From: a virus | Lineage: Duplodnaviria; Caudoviricetes | Virus record (IMG/VR): IMGVR_UViG_3300028634_000502 | Location: 37,231-101,230 of that record | Length of the DNA stretch: 64,000 nt | Reading direction: 5' to 3' (one strand) | Shown: in pieces, positions 8,429 to 17,863 of the stretch | How positions within the stretch are numbered: the stretch's first letter is position 1 | Layout of the letters: each line of letters opens with the position of its first letter | The notes under the pieces: model-generated | Told to the model about the DNA's origin: nothing | The model's database searches: none | What the model saw: only the letters and a program-made list of their open reading frames with translations | Position numbers and translations under genes: made by a program

Positions 8429-9411
8429 TACTTTTCCTCCATTGCTTTTCCAATTTGCTGTGCAATAAGTTGCAAAACATCAATTACAACGGAGTTTCCA
8501 AACTGCTTGTATGCTTGGTTCATGCTATTGCATATCTTATAGCTATCAGGATATCCCATTAATCTTGCACACTCTCTCGGATGCAATTTTCTTGCTTTAC
8601 CATTAATTAAATACCCTCCTGTTTTAGCAAATATACCACCACCGTTTGCTGATAGAGTTATTGCAATACCTTTTGTACTGTAAATCCTTTCTCCCTGTCC
8701 GCCTTTGTTTACTATGCCAAGCCTGATAGATGTTTTGTTGCTATATTTGTCGTCTTTATTCCCATTATAATATGTATCGGGTCTATCCACATATAAATCT
8801 TTGACTAATTCTTCATCTTCCAACAAGAAATTTTCAACATGCTTAGTAAGCTTGAATGGTTTTGGAAATTCAAACCCATTAACATTCAAGTCATTTCTAA
8901 AACAAATCATATAAATTCTTTCTCTTTTCTGCGGCACTCCGTAATCAACCGCATTTAAAACTTTTTGAGTAAAGGTATATCCCAGTTCTTCCATTGTCGC
9001 TTTAACGACTTCAAGTGTACGGCCATCATCATGTGTTGCGAAATTTTTCACATTTTCCATAAATACTATTTTTGGTTTTTTTGCTTTAACTATTCTTGAA
9101 ACATCAAAAAACAGAGTTCCCCGGCTATCTTCAAACCCACGTTGCTTGCCGCTTATCGAGAATGCTTGGCATGGGAATCCAGCACATAAAATATCATGAG
9201 ATGGAATGGTATTTTCATCTACTTTGGTAATGTCACCCTCTGGCATGTCCCCAAAATTATCCTCATAAACTTTTTGCACGTGCTCATCCCATTCATTAGA
9301 ATAAACACACTTTGCTCCAAGTGACTCTAATGCAATTCTAAATCCTCCTAAGCCTGCAAAAAGATCTATAAACGTATAACCCTTTAAATATTGTTTTTCT
9401 ACTTCAATCAT
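8428..9411 (-). CDS. M.HhaI-like DNA cytosine-5 methyltransferase (GCGC)
   Basis: 327 aa; FIDLFAGLGG, GFPCQAFSISGKQ; target-recognition region KGGQGERIYSTKGIAITLSANGGGIFAKTGGY nearly as in M.HhaI. Confidence 0.92.
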   Translation of the reverse strand: MIEVEKQYLKGYTFIDLFAGLGGFRIALESLGAKCVYSNEWDEHVQKVYEDNFGDMPEGDITKVDENTIPSHDILCAGFPCQAFSISGKQRGFEDSRGTLFFDVSRIVKAKKPKIVFMENVKNFATHDDGRTLEVVKATMEELGYTFTQKVLNAVDYGVPQKRERIYMICFRNDLNVNGFEFPKPFKLTKHVENFLLEDEELVKDLYVDRPDTYYNGNKDDKYSNKTSIRLGIVNKGGQGERIYSTKGIAITLSANGGGIFAKTGGYLINGKARKLHPRECARLMGYPDSYKICNSMNQAYKQFGNSVVIDVLQLIAQQIGKAMEEK

Positions 9412-9446
9412 TTCTGTATGCTCCTTTTACCCGTTGATATTAATAT

Positions 9447-9475
9447 ATTATAGCGCACTGCGCTATAAAAATCAA
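9447..9475 (-). promoter_or_regulatory. sigmaA promoter of the HhaI-like MTase with two GCGC sites in the spacer
   Basis: TTGATT-17 bp-TATAAT; perfect inverted repeat TTATAGCGCA-C-TGCGCTATAA at 9448-9468. Confidence 0.8.
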
Positions 9476-9737
9476 TAGGTGCAACAGATATTCCTCATTC
9501 TAATTTATTAAATAATCTTGTTAAATCGCTCTGATTGTTACAGTAATTTTATCAACTCGCCACCTCTTTGACAGTAATATCGTCAACTCAGTAGACAAAA
9601 AGTAATAATATCCACACAACCTTGCTTTTTTATGGCTTTAGATATGTTCTTACAATAAAAATTCCGTGACCTGGAACCCAATTGGAATACGAGTTCAAAA
9701 TCACGGAAATCCCTTTATATCAAGCACTTTTACACTT

Positions 9738-9779
9738 TTATTTATCAACCCTTGACATCAATACAACCGTCTCAACGTG
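9738..9779 (-). repeat. att-associated copy of the rlmD/rumA 3' end (HVETVVLMSRVDK*)
   Basis: 9748-9779 is 29/32 identical to 62928-62959; encodes the conserved C-terminal motif of 23S rRNA m5U methyltransferases. Confidence 0.85.
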
Positions 9780-10082
9780 CCATGAGTAGATAAAAATGAT
9801 GTCTTGAAGACCCACTTGTTCCTTGGCGGAGGGTGATTTGTCCATACATGATCGAAATCAAACTTTCTTGAAAAATGCCTTTATTCTGCTTTTCAAACTT
9901 AACTTATATCATGCCATTTTTATGACTTGAGTCGAAAATTGCGCTATGACTTTGATTGAATCCCAATTCCCTTTTGTATATTCAGCTGCACCGCTTGAGA
10001 GATACTCCATTAGTGATATATCCGTAACATTCTTCTTAAAAAAAGATCTAATCCGCAAGTTGAATATTCAAAGAGTGTTTCG

Positions 10083-11192
10083 TTAAAACGATTTATTACC
10101 TTTGCATCCAAACCATTTGCAGGGGTTCAAATACTCTCTGTACTTGCTTACTGCTTGTTTTCCTACAATAGCGACCCCAAACCACCAAACAATTTCACCC
10201 ATTATAATGAATGCAGGGATTACGGCTGCTTTAAACGCAATCGATAAAGGTGCAAGAGGAGTTAACATTGCTAATCCGTAAAATACAAAGGAAAGGATAA
10301 CAAGTATCAAAGCAATTCTAGTCATCATAAGACTCGGTGTCCCAGCTTTTACAACTATGCGATCTTCTTGATGAGTTGCATCTAGGTCACCGTATAGGTA
10401 TTCTTTTAACATTTTTCCGTACTTCTTCATAGTAATAGCATCTGCCAATCTTGGCATTACTGAATTTACTTTTGCGAAGAATACTGTAATTCTTCCGCCC
10501 ATAATCCCTATGTTTCTTTTCTTTTCATAAGTTTTTATTAACTCATCAGCTACATTTTCAACAGGTACGATTTTAATCCCCATTTTTTCCCACAATCTGT
10601 GGAAGGGCCGCTCAGCTTCAGTTTCTGTTGGACTTGGACAGAAATACGTTACTCGAATTTGCTTACCCTCAAGCTCCATTTCTCTATTTATTGATTCTAT
10701 AAAAGAGTACACACCAGCTCTCGTCGCTACATCAACAGAATAGTACGGAAAAGCCATTCGTCCATCAGCAAATCCACCAATATGGAGTATTGTACTTCCT
10801 TTTTTATCTTTCAAATTATTTATCAACATTTTTGTAATCAGTATTGTTCCTAAAAGGTTAATATCAATTTGCTTTTGTACGTCTTCTAAGCTATGATCTT
10901 CAAGTGATTTTCTAACATCAAAACCTGTTGCATTAATTATTAAGTCAACTTCAGATGACCACTGTCTAATTGTTTTTGACAGTTCTTCTAGCTCAATGAA
11001 ATCAGTTACATTGGAGATTGCCAAATCAACATCACCATTTAAGCTATTTTTAACGTAAATGAGCTTCTCTTCGTTTCTACCAACCAACAGTAGTTTAGCA
11101 CCTTTTTCTGAAAAGGATTTAGCGAAACCTGACCCCAATCCTCCGCTTGCGCCAATTATTACAACTGATTTACCTTCTAGTTTCTTCGACAT
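10083..11192 (-). CDS. SDR-family oxidoreductase fused to a C-terminal two-TM domain
   Basis: IGASGGLG Rossmann motif, INATG; hydrophobic C-terminal helices. Confidence 0.85.
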   Translation of the reverse strand: MSKKLEGKSVVIIGASGGLGSGFAKSFSEKGAKLLLVGRNEEKLIYVKNSLNGDVDLAISNVTDFIELEELSKTIRQWSSEVDLIINATGFDVRKSLEDHSLEDVQKQIDINLLGTILITKMLINNLKDKKGSTILHIGGFADGRMAFPYYSVDVATRAGVYSFIESINREMELEGKQIRVTYFCPSPTETEAERPFHRLWEKMGIKIVPVENVADELIKTYEKKRNIGIMGGRITVFFAKVNSVMPRLADAITMKKYGKMLKEYLYGDLDATHQEDRIVVKAGTPSLMMTRIALILVILSFVFYGLAMLTPLAPLSIAFKAAVIPAFIIMGEIVWWFGVAIVGKQAVSKYREYLNPCKWFGCKGNKSF

Positions 11193-11234
11193 TTAATACC
11201 TCCTTAACTTCAAAATCATGTTCAATTTTAACCA

Positions 11235-11660
11235 CTAAAGATTATTCGCTAATTGCAAAAGAACTTTCTCGATTAACTTATAATTGCTTTCATCAACAAT
11301 AGTACTTTTTATCAATGTCTCTATACGATCGTATAAGGCTTCATCTCCTTCAACAATCTTCTTCCCTTTATCTGTTAAATGTAAATAATGCATTCTCTTG
11401 TCATCCACAGATTGAATTTTATTTACTAATCCCATACAGGACAACTTATTTACCATTGCAGAAATTGCAGGTTTTGTTAGATTCAATCGCTCTGCTACCT
11501 CTGAAAAATTAGGGCCATTCATATAATAAATAGTTGTTAGATAGTAATAATCCTGACTACTGAATTTTCTAACTTCTGTCTCACTGAGTTGATTATTAAT
11601 ATTTTTTATTGAGTGCAACCAAAGTTGGTTTGCTATAAGTGCAATCGAGTTCTTTATCAT
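11235..11660 (-). CDS. MarR-family transcriptional regulator
   Basis: SEVAERLNLTKPAISAMVNKL...DDKR...LTDKG; start at 11660 after GGAGGA. Confidence 0.9.
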   Translation of the reverse strand: MIKNSIALIANQLWLHSIKNINNQLSETEVRKFSSQDYYYLTTIYYMNGPNFSEVAERLNLTKPAISAMVNKLSCMGLVNKIQSVDDKRMHYLHLTDKGKKIVEGDEALYDRIETLIKSTIVDESNYKLIEKVLLQLANNL

Positions 11661-11678
11661 AGAATAAATCCTCCGGAT

Positions 11679-11716
11679 TATAGTTAAAAACATTTAATTA
11701 AATGTTTTTAACTATA
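11679..11716. promoter_or_regulatory. 38-bp perfect palindrome, probable MarR operator
   Basis: TATAGTTAAAAACATTTAA/TTAAATGTTTTTAACTATA between the RBS and a TTGACA-17-TAATAT promoter. Confidence 0.75.
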
Positions 11717-12057
11717 TTAACATCAACTGACTACTCTGTCAATCGAAATCGGCAATCCTACAATTACAAGCAATCAATCTATAAATCTGAGCTACTGTAG
11801 CCAGCATACTACCTTGCTATGTAAGTGTTCTTGCCATTTGGTAGATGGCATAGACATCAATATTAATACTGCTTAGATTCATTATCTTAAAATACAACTT
11901 TCAGCATAAACATGTTCCTTCGCAGCAGACCAGAGTTTATCATCAGCTGATAATAAAAATAAAACCGGCCAGATGGATCGGACTTCTATCTTAGACTGGT
12001 ATCTCTTGTAGGTGACACACTGAATAAAATCTCGATCTGTGTGTTGGGCTCACCCAA

Positions 12058-12363
12058 TCAGTTTCTAATCAAATAATCAAGGCGACTTTGAAGCCGGTGC
12101 GACTTACACTCATGAAAGCAACTTAAAATGAATCGATCATAGGATGCACATCTACCATTACTTTTCAGACATCCAATATCTAAATCAAATCCAAATTGCT
12201 CTGGTAAGATTGGCAAGACCTCTTCTTCTTTTTCTTGTGCATCTACCTTTCCAAATCCGTGTACCACAATTATTTCTCTACCCCTTGGTAAGAAATATGG
12301 AACCAACATCATTAACCGCTCTAGCTCTTGAAGTTCTGAATCAATCTTAAAACACTTTGACAT
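12058..12363 (-). CDS. Hypothetical protein
   Basis: 101-aa ORF with AGAGGA RBS; no recognisable motif. Confidence 0.5.
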   Translation of the reverse strand: MSKCFKIDSELQELERLMMLVPYFLPRGREIIVVHGFGKVDAQEKEEEVLPILPEQFGFDLDIGCLKSNGRCASYDRFILSCFHECKSHRLQSRLDYLIRN

Positions 12364-12730
12364 CTTTTTTTCCTCTTTCTAATTCTTGAGCATAAAAATG
12401 AGGCAATGCTCATTGGTCATTTTAATAAACCCTTAAACTTTGCCTCATAATTATTCATTACTTAAATATTCATTTGTGTTATCAAAACTAATGCAAAACC
12501 ATCATTTTTATCGATTTTAACCAATGTCATCTATATTTTTGCCCTTTTTTAGGGGTCAAAAAACGTCATTTTTTCGTCTGTTTTTTGCCCAAAATTCAGG
12601 CCAAAACCACTATATGTTGTGGTCAACCGCTACTTTTTCTCGCCCGAACCACTACGCGTCATCAGAATTATCGCTTCTACGTGCCCCGAGTTGGCCTAAA
12701 TGATGTCTACCGCCGAAATTTCGAACCATA

Positions 12731-12820
12731 CGTTAGTGGAAACAGGTCAGCCGTTTTTTAGCGTTTTCGAGGTATGTGGAAACATATCAACGGGTTCGAG
12801 GTTTTAGGGAACATATCCAC
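12731..12820 (-). repeat. Tandem att-like half-sites resembling the rlmD VDMFPxT codons
   Basis: 26-bp direct repeats 12766-12791 and 12795-12820 (21/26 identical) plus a weaker copy at 12731-12750. Confidence 0.55.
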
Positions 12821-12889
12821 TAATTAAAATGATGATACGTATTATGATCGAAATTAATCTGCTCAGGATAAGGAACAAGATACCCATCC

Positions 12890-13531
12890 TCAACTCCCAG
12901 CATAAATTAATTGCTCTAGCCCTTCTTCGGATGTTAACATTTCAAGATTATTAAATATCTTCTCTTCGTCCCAATTCCACCACTCTAACTTTAGCAAGAA
13001 TTCAACCTTTTCATCACTAAATCGCTTCTTGATAAATTTAGCTGGATTCCCACCATATATTGTGTATGCTTCAACACTTTTTACTACAGTTGAGTTAGCA
13101 GCAATAATCGCACCATCACCAATTTTAACACCTGGCATAATGGTTACATTTTGACCTATCCATACATCATTGCCAATCACTGTATCTCCCTTAAAAGGAA
13201 GCTGTTCTACTGTTGGCATGACTTTTTCCCAACCACCTGCAAAGATATTAAAGGGGTAGGTTGTTATGCCATCCATTCTATGATTTGCTCCATTCATAAT
13301 GAATTTTACTCCCTCTGCTATTGCACAAAATTTGCCTATGATTAGCTTATCACCAAGAAATTCATAATGATGCTCTATATTATCATAAAATTTCTCAGGA
13401 GACTTTTTATTATCACTATAATAAGTATATTCTCCAATTTCTACATTGAGCCGTTTTGGCAAATTACTTATATAACAAACTGTTTTTATGTTTCCATTTG
13501 GATATAGTTTTTTCTTATCTGGTCCTAGCAT
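12890..13531 (-). CDS. vat: Vat-family streptogramin A O-acetyltransferase
   Basis: GEYTYY, DKLIIGKFCAIA, GANH.MDGITTYPF, KGDTVIGNDVWIG hexapeptide region, GGNPAK. Confidence 0.92.
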   Translation of the reverse strand: MLGPDKKKLYPNGNIKTVCYISNLPKRLNVEIGEYTYYSDNKKSPEKFYDNIEHHYEFLGDKLIIGKFCAIAEGVKFIMNGANHRMDGITTYPFNIFAGGWEKVMPTVEQLPFKGDTVIGNDVWIGQNVTIMPGVKIGDGAIIAANSTVVKSVEAYTIYGGNPAKFIKKRFSDEKVEFLLKLEWWNWDEEKIFNNLEMLTSEEGLEQLIYAGS

Positions 13532-13579
13532 AGGATATACCTCTCTTTCATTCTTTTATATCTTTTATAATAATTCGTT

Positions 13580-13939
13580 CTAGTAGATTAACTGCCCTAT
13601 CTTATTTCCCTCCTCGGCAAACCATATAGCTCCATCCGTCCCAAGTACAAGACCATGTGGTTCTGACTCCGGTGTAGGAATTTGATATTCTATAATTTTT
13701 TCGTATAACGTAATCCTACCAGCTTTATTACTTCCCCACTCTGTAAACCAGAGATCTCCATCTTTACCTAAAGTAATTGCATGCGGTTTAGCATTTGCTG
13801 TCGATAGTGGATACTCAACAAATTTACCTGTTATAGTAATTTTTCCTATTTTGTTGCCTATTATTTCAACAAACCACAGAGCAACATCCTGACCTGCACA
13901 AATTCCTACTGTTCCAGATGTTGCAGTAGGAATATTTAT
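13580..13939 (-). pseudogene. vgb: 3' fragment of a virginiamycin B lyase (vgb)
   Basis: Start-less frame of 119 codons with repeated LWF.E...NKIG.I beta-propeller blades, KPHAIT and SEPHG motifs. Confidence 0.85.
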
Positions 13940-14000
13940 ATTTTATAATTATATTTTTAGATTTTTAGAAGAACATTTATGGCAAATTAGAACATTAAAA

Positions 14001-14558
14001 TTACCTCCTAACGGCAGTTTGACACGATAGCAAAGCATCCTTTTCTAGTTGCTTTACAAATGCATCCTTACCGGCGCAGTAGCCTTCAATATCCTCCGGG
14101 AACCGATAAGCTAGCTTCATTTTTAATTCACCATACTCTAAAGCAATGTCAGGATGTGCACGCAGAAAGTCCCTTACTGCTATATGCCTATCTATATCTT
14201 TGCGATTACTTTGCTCAAAAATATGAACCTGGTGTGTCCTGTTATCGCCGCCTTTTCGGAAATATCTCCGTCCTTCAATACCAAACTCACCCATACACTC
14301 ATATCCAATGGCTACAAATTCTTCGTTATGCTTATCAACCAAACTAATATTTGTCACTACAGGCATTATATCAATGATTGGCTTAGCGGATAACCCTTTA
14401 ACTGCTGTACTACCAATATGGTAAATCTCCACCAATATATCCTTCAATATGTTCCTTATCATCTGTGATTCATTTTCATACTCTACTTCCCAAAAGGGAT
14501 CGTACGGAACTACTCGTATTAACAATATTAACCCTCCAATCTCATTCTCAACGAACAC
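14001..14558 (-). CDS. GrpB/UPF0157-family nucleotidyltransferase-fold protein
   Basis: HIGSTAV.GL.AKPIIDI, RTHQVH, RDFLR.HP, Y..LK; true start probably a few codons downstream. Confidence 0.9.
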   Translation of the reverse strand: MFVENEIGGLILLIRVVPYDPFWEVEYENESQMIRNILKDILVEIYHIGSTAVKGLSAKPIIDIMPVVTNISLVDKHNEEFVAIGYECMGEFGIEGRRYFRKGGDNRTHQVHIFEQSNRKDIDRHIAVRDFLRAHPDIALEYGELKMKLAYRFPEDIEGYCAGKDAFVKQLEKDALLSCQTAVRR

Positions 14559-14640
14559 TATTTAGAAAAAAGTCTTTATACTTTTTAACAATGGAGCCGC
14601 CAGCCAGAACAGACTACATTGACCGGCGACTACCTTAAAT

Positions 14641-16104
14641 TTAATGTTTCAGATTTATTTTCTTATCGCTAATTTCATAAACCACGTCAGCCACATTATC
14701 GAGTAGCCGTTTGTCATGAGTGATAAATACTATAGTTCCAGCATACTCCTTCATTAATATTTCCAAAGCCTCTAAGCTTGGTATGTCAAGGAAGTTACTC
14801 GGTTCATCCATTAGCAGGATGTTATATCTACCCATAAGCATTTTAGCCAGCAACAATTTAATAATTTCTCCGCCGCTTAAAGCAGATAAGCTTTTTCCAA
14901 TATCGTTTTGTTTAAGCCCCATTGATGCTAGAACCGAACGAATTTCTGAAACATTGTATTCACAATCCTCCTGCATAAACTCCATGACTTTCTGATTACC
15001 GTTGTACTTGTAACTATTTTGTGCAAAGTAACCTATTTTTGCCTTAGGTGAAATAGAAATTCCATCTTCATGGTTTATGATCATTTGGATTAAAGTTGTT
15101 TTTCCTGTTCCATTGGCACCAGTTAGCGCCACTTTTGCTCCTAGGGGAATTTGAAAAGATGCTTTTTCAAACAGTATCTTATCCCCAAATATTTTAGTAA
15201 TTTCCGTACCGACAATAGGATATGGATTGTAGAGTGCCAATGCATCACTTTGCCTAAAACGAATCCTGCTAATATTTTCTGGAGCTTCTACATTTCCTAA
15301 GGCCGCAATCCTATGATCCAGGGACTTAGCGGCATTATGCATCTTTTTTTCCTTACTTCCTATTGATTTTTGATGAGCTAAACGCCCTCCACCTTCAGTA
15401 CCTTTTTTCTTTGAAGCACCTTTTGCCTTCTGTTCTATTTTACGAGCCTGTTTTCGCTTTTCCTCCGCAGCCCTTTCCAATCGGCCACGTTCCGCAACAA
15501 ATTGTTCGTATTCTGCTGCCTGGCTCTTGCGTTCTTCCTCTTTCTGGCGAAGAAAATCAGAATAGTTTCCCCAATACTCAGTGATTTTTCCATCTTTCAG
15601 TTCCCATATTTTATCTACTACCTCATCAAGAAAATATCGGTCATGGCTAATAACTAACAGTGCACCTGTAAAATATTTTAGCTGTCCAATTAGAAAATCA
15701 ATTCCTTCACGGTCTAAATGACTGGTAGGTTCATCGGCTAAAATACCATGTACTTGTGCTGATAAAGCCTGTGCTATTTTAAGTCTTGTTTCTTCACCAC
15801 CGCTCATGGTCTGTATATCTAATTGCTCAACACCCAGCTTGCCTACAAGTGCAAAATCTTTTTCCTCCTGCAAACTTACTTCGTCCAACTGAGGGATATA
15901 AGCAAGTTCACCCAGACGATTCATTTTACATCCTGCTGGAGTTAATTCCCCTAAAAGCACCCTGAGTAAAGTGCTTTTCCCTGCACCATTTGCTCCTACT
16001 AAACCAATACGGTCATAATCATATACTTCTAATTCATCTATATCTAAAACATCTCGCCCTGTGAATTCCACACGAATGTCTTTGGCTTTTAATATCAATT
16101 CCAT
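14641..16104 (-). CDS. msr(D): ABC-F ribosomal protection protein Msr(D)-like
   Basis: 487 aa, [14 protein letters not shown] start, two ABC domains, directly downstream of mef. Confidence 0.95.
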   Translation of the reverse strand: MELILKAKDIRVEFTGRDVLDIDELEVYDYDRIGLVGANGAGKSTLLRVLLGELTPAGCKMNRLGELAYIPQLDEVSLQEEKDFALVGKLGVEQLDIQTMSGGEETRLKIAQALSAQVHGILADEPTSHLDREGIDFLIGQLKYFTGALLVISHDRYFLDEVVDKIWELKDGKITEYWGNYSDFLRQKEEERKSQAAEYEQFVAERGRLERAAEEKRKQARKIEQKAKGASKKKGTEGGGRLAHQKSIGSKEKKMHNAAKSLDHRIAALGNVEAPENISRIRFRQSDALALYNPYPIVGTEITKIFGDKILFEKASFQIPLGAKVALTGANGTGKTTLIQMIINHEDGISISPKAKIGYFAQNSYKYNGNQKVMEFMQEDCEYNVSEIRSVLASMGLKQNDIGKSLSALSGGEIIKLLLAKMLMGRYNILLMDEPSNFLDIPSLEALEILMKEYAGTIVFITHDKRLLDNVADVVYEISDKKINLKH

Positions 16105-16181
16105 CTTATTTCCTCCTGTCTATAATCGCATGCTTTCATTTGCTTGTACGCAGGGAAAACCCTACGATTTTAGCAGGAAGA

Positions 16182-16202
16182 TTACATGAAAATAAGATAC
16201 AT
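16182..16202 (-). CDS. msrDL: msr(D) leader peptide MYLIFM
   Basis: ATG TAT CTT ATT TTC ATG TAA in the mef-msr(D) gap, preceded by GGAGG. Confidence 0.85.
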   Translation of the reverse strand: MYLIFM

Positions 16203-16218
16203 AAATACCCCTCCAATA

Positions 16219-17436
16219 TTATTTTAAATCTAATTTTCTAACCTCTGTTAGCATGGGGCAAACTATAGCAATGCCAATAATTAAAATACCTGATAGTAAA
16301 AACCAATGATTTACACCAATTCTATCAGCAAAGAATCCAGAAAGAATTAATCCAATTGGCATAGCAAATGACATAATACTTCCGGTCAAAGAAAATACAC
16401 GTCCTAAATATTCAGGCTTAATCTTCTCCTGAAAAAGAGCTGTTTGCACACCGCTATAAAATGGCACCGAAAGCCCCATTACTGCACAGCAAGCTACAAA
16501 TATAACAAATCCACTTGGAGGAAGTAATCCTGAAACGGCTAAACTGGCTCCCATTATAAAGAATGAACCTGTTATTAGTAATACACGCTTTTCAAAGTTC
16601 CCCAACCTTCCTAATAGTAGACCGCCTACTAGCATTCCAGATGCAAAAGCGATTTCGGTAATGGAAATATGCACAGGTGTTCCATTAAAGTATTCCATGC
16701 TAATTAAAGGAAATAGTGCATTAATTGGCATATACACAAACGTATATAGCGTTCCTAAGAGTAATAAGGCAAATAAGCCTTTGTTTTGTCTCAATGCGAC
16801 AATTCCTTCTTTCATTTCTCTTAAGAAATTTGGTTTCAAACTTTGCACTTGATCGCCCAGCTTAGGAATACTTACAATTGCTACCGTAATAGATGCAATC
16901 ACAGCGCCCAATACATCGATAGCAATAATTGCATTTAATTTCCAAGCGGAGTATAACAATGCTGCAGCCGCCGGACTAATAATATAGCTTATTGACTGCA
17001 CAGACTGACTATAACCTGCGCATTTCGTAAGCTGTTCTTCTGGTACTAAAAGTGGCGTAACCGCATTGAGGGCCGGAGAATGAAAAGCCGTTCCAATGCT
17101 ACGGATAAACAATACTACCATAACCATCCATACCGGTAATTCCATATACAATGCAACAATAGCTAGCATTGCCCCAGCTGCTGCGATAATTAAATCAGCA
17201 CCTATCATTATCTTTTTCCTGTCATGACGATCCACTAATACACCAATGGCAGGCCCAAAGACTGCATAGGGTAAAAAACCTACTAGTGAAGCCATAGACA
17301 AGACCATCGCAGATCCTGTTTTTTCTGTAAGATAAAAAATAATCGCCATTTGCAGTGTGGCACTAGTGATTAAAGAAACCGCCTGCCCTGCCCATATAGT
17401 ATAAAACTTAAGTTTCCAATTTATATATTTTTCCAT
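16219..17436 (-). CDS. mef: Macrolide efflux MFS transporter Mef(A)/Mef(E)-like
   Basis: 405 aa from MEKYINWKLKFYTIWAGQAVSLITS. Confidence 0.95.
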   Translation of the reverse strand: MEKYINWKLKFYTIWAGQAVSLITSATLQMAIIFYLTEKTGSAMVLSMASLVGFLPYAVFGPAIGVLVDRHDRKKIMIGADLIIAAAGAMLAIVALYMELPVWMVMVVLFIRSIGTAFHSPALNAVTPLLVPEEQLTKCAGYSQSVQSISYIISPAAAALLYSAWKLNAIIAIDVLGAVIASITVAIVSIPKLGDQVQSLKPNFLREMKEGIVALRQNKGLFALLLLGTLYTFVYMPINALFPLISMEYFNGTPVHISITEIAFASGMLVGGLLLGRLGNFEKRVLLITGSFFIMGASLAVSGLLPPSGFVIFVACCAVMGLSVPFYSGVQTALFQEKIKPEYLGRVFSLTGSIMSFAMPIGLILSGFFADRIGVNHWFLLSGILIIGIAIVCPMLTEVRKLDLK

Positions 17437-17703
17437 CTTTATTATCTCCTGCATATTATTTTTGCTTGAATTTCTATTTTAAATAGTATTCTAGGCAATA
17501 AAAAATGCAGGTCAAAATCCACAATGTGGCTTTGGTCTGCATAACATACAATATAGAAACATTCTTTAAAAAGACATAGTTAAATAAAACTATAGTAAAA
17601 TAGTTTAAATTTCACCTTAACTAATGAATGCTCAATATCGTATAAATAAGCACAACAAAAAAGCCTATCATCGGGGATAGATTCTGCCTTTTTTATTGCC
17701 AGC

Positions 17704-17730
17704 TTATCTTAAACGCATTGAGGCTGTCAT
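17704..17730 (-). CDS. mef leader peptide MTASMRLR
   Basis: ATG ACA GCC TCA ATG CGT TTA AGA TAA after AGGAGG; RLR macrolide-arrest motif. Confidence 0.88.
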   Translation of the reverse strand: MTASMRLR

Positions 17731-17770
17731 AGTTTCGGTTCCTCCTAAATCCTTATTTGTATCAGCGATT

Positions 17771-17799
17771 ATTATAACATAACGAATTGATATAATCAA
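17771..17799 (-). promoter_or_regulatory. sigmaA promoter of the mef-msr(D) operon
   Basis: TTGATT-17 bp-TATAAT with extended TG. Confidence 0.7.
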
Positions 17800-17863
17800 C
17801 ATTTAAAAGTGGAAAAACCGCCAAAGGGTGTTTGGTTCCCTCTATTGGCGGCGGCTCAATATT

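Larger units (their letters stand above)
1..9779. mobile_element. End of a second, related prophage (element B): early genes plus defence block; continues beyond the left edge
   Basis: Same order as the right end of element A (att copy, MTase, R genes, Xre, SMC-like ATPase operon, conserved leader, sigma-like gene); BRO-N gene at the edge. Confidence 0.8.

Noticed and set aside
12606-12623. NrdR-box-like sequence ACCACTATATGTTGTGGT
   Set aside because: Single copy with no ribonucleotide reductase or clear target gene nearby; cannot be supported.
12766-12820. Possible mini-CRISPR from 26-bp direct repeats
   Set aside because: Only 3 bp between copies, imperfect repeats and no cas genes; DUF2800 is a phage replication nuclease, not part of a cas locus.
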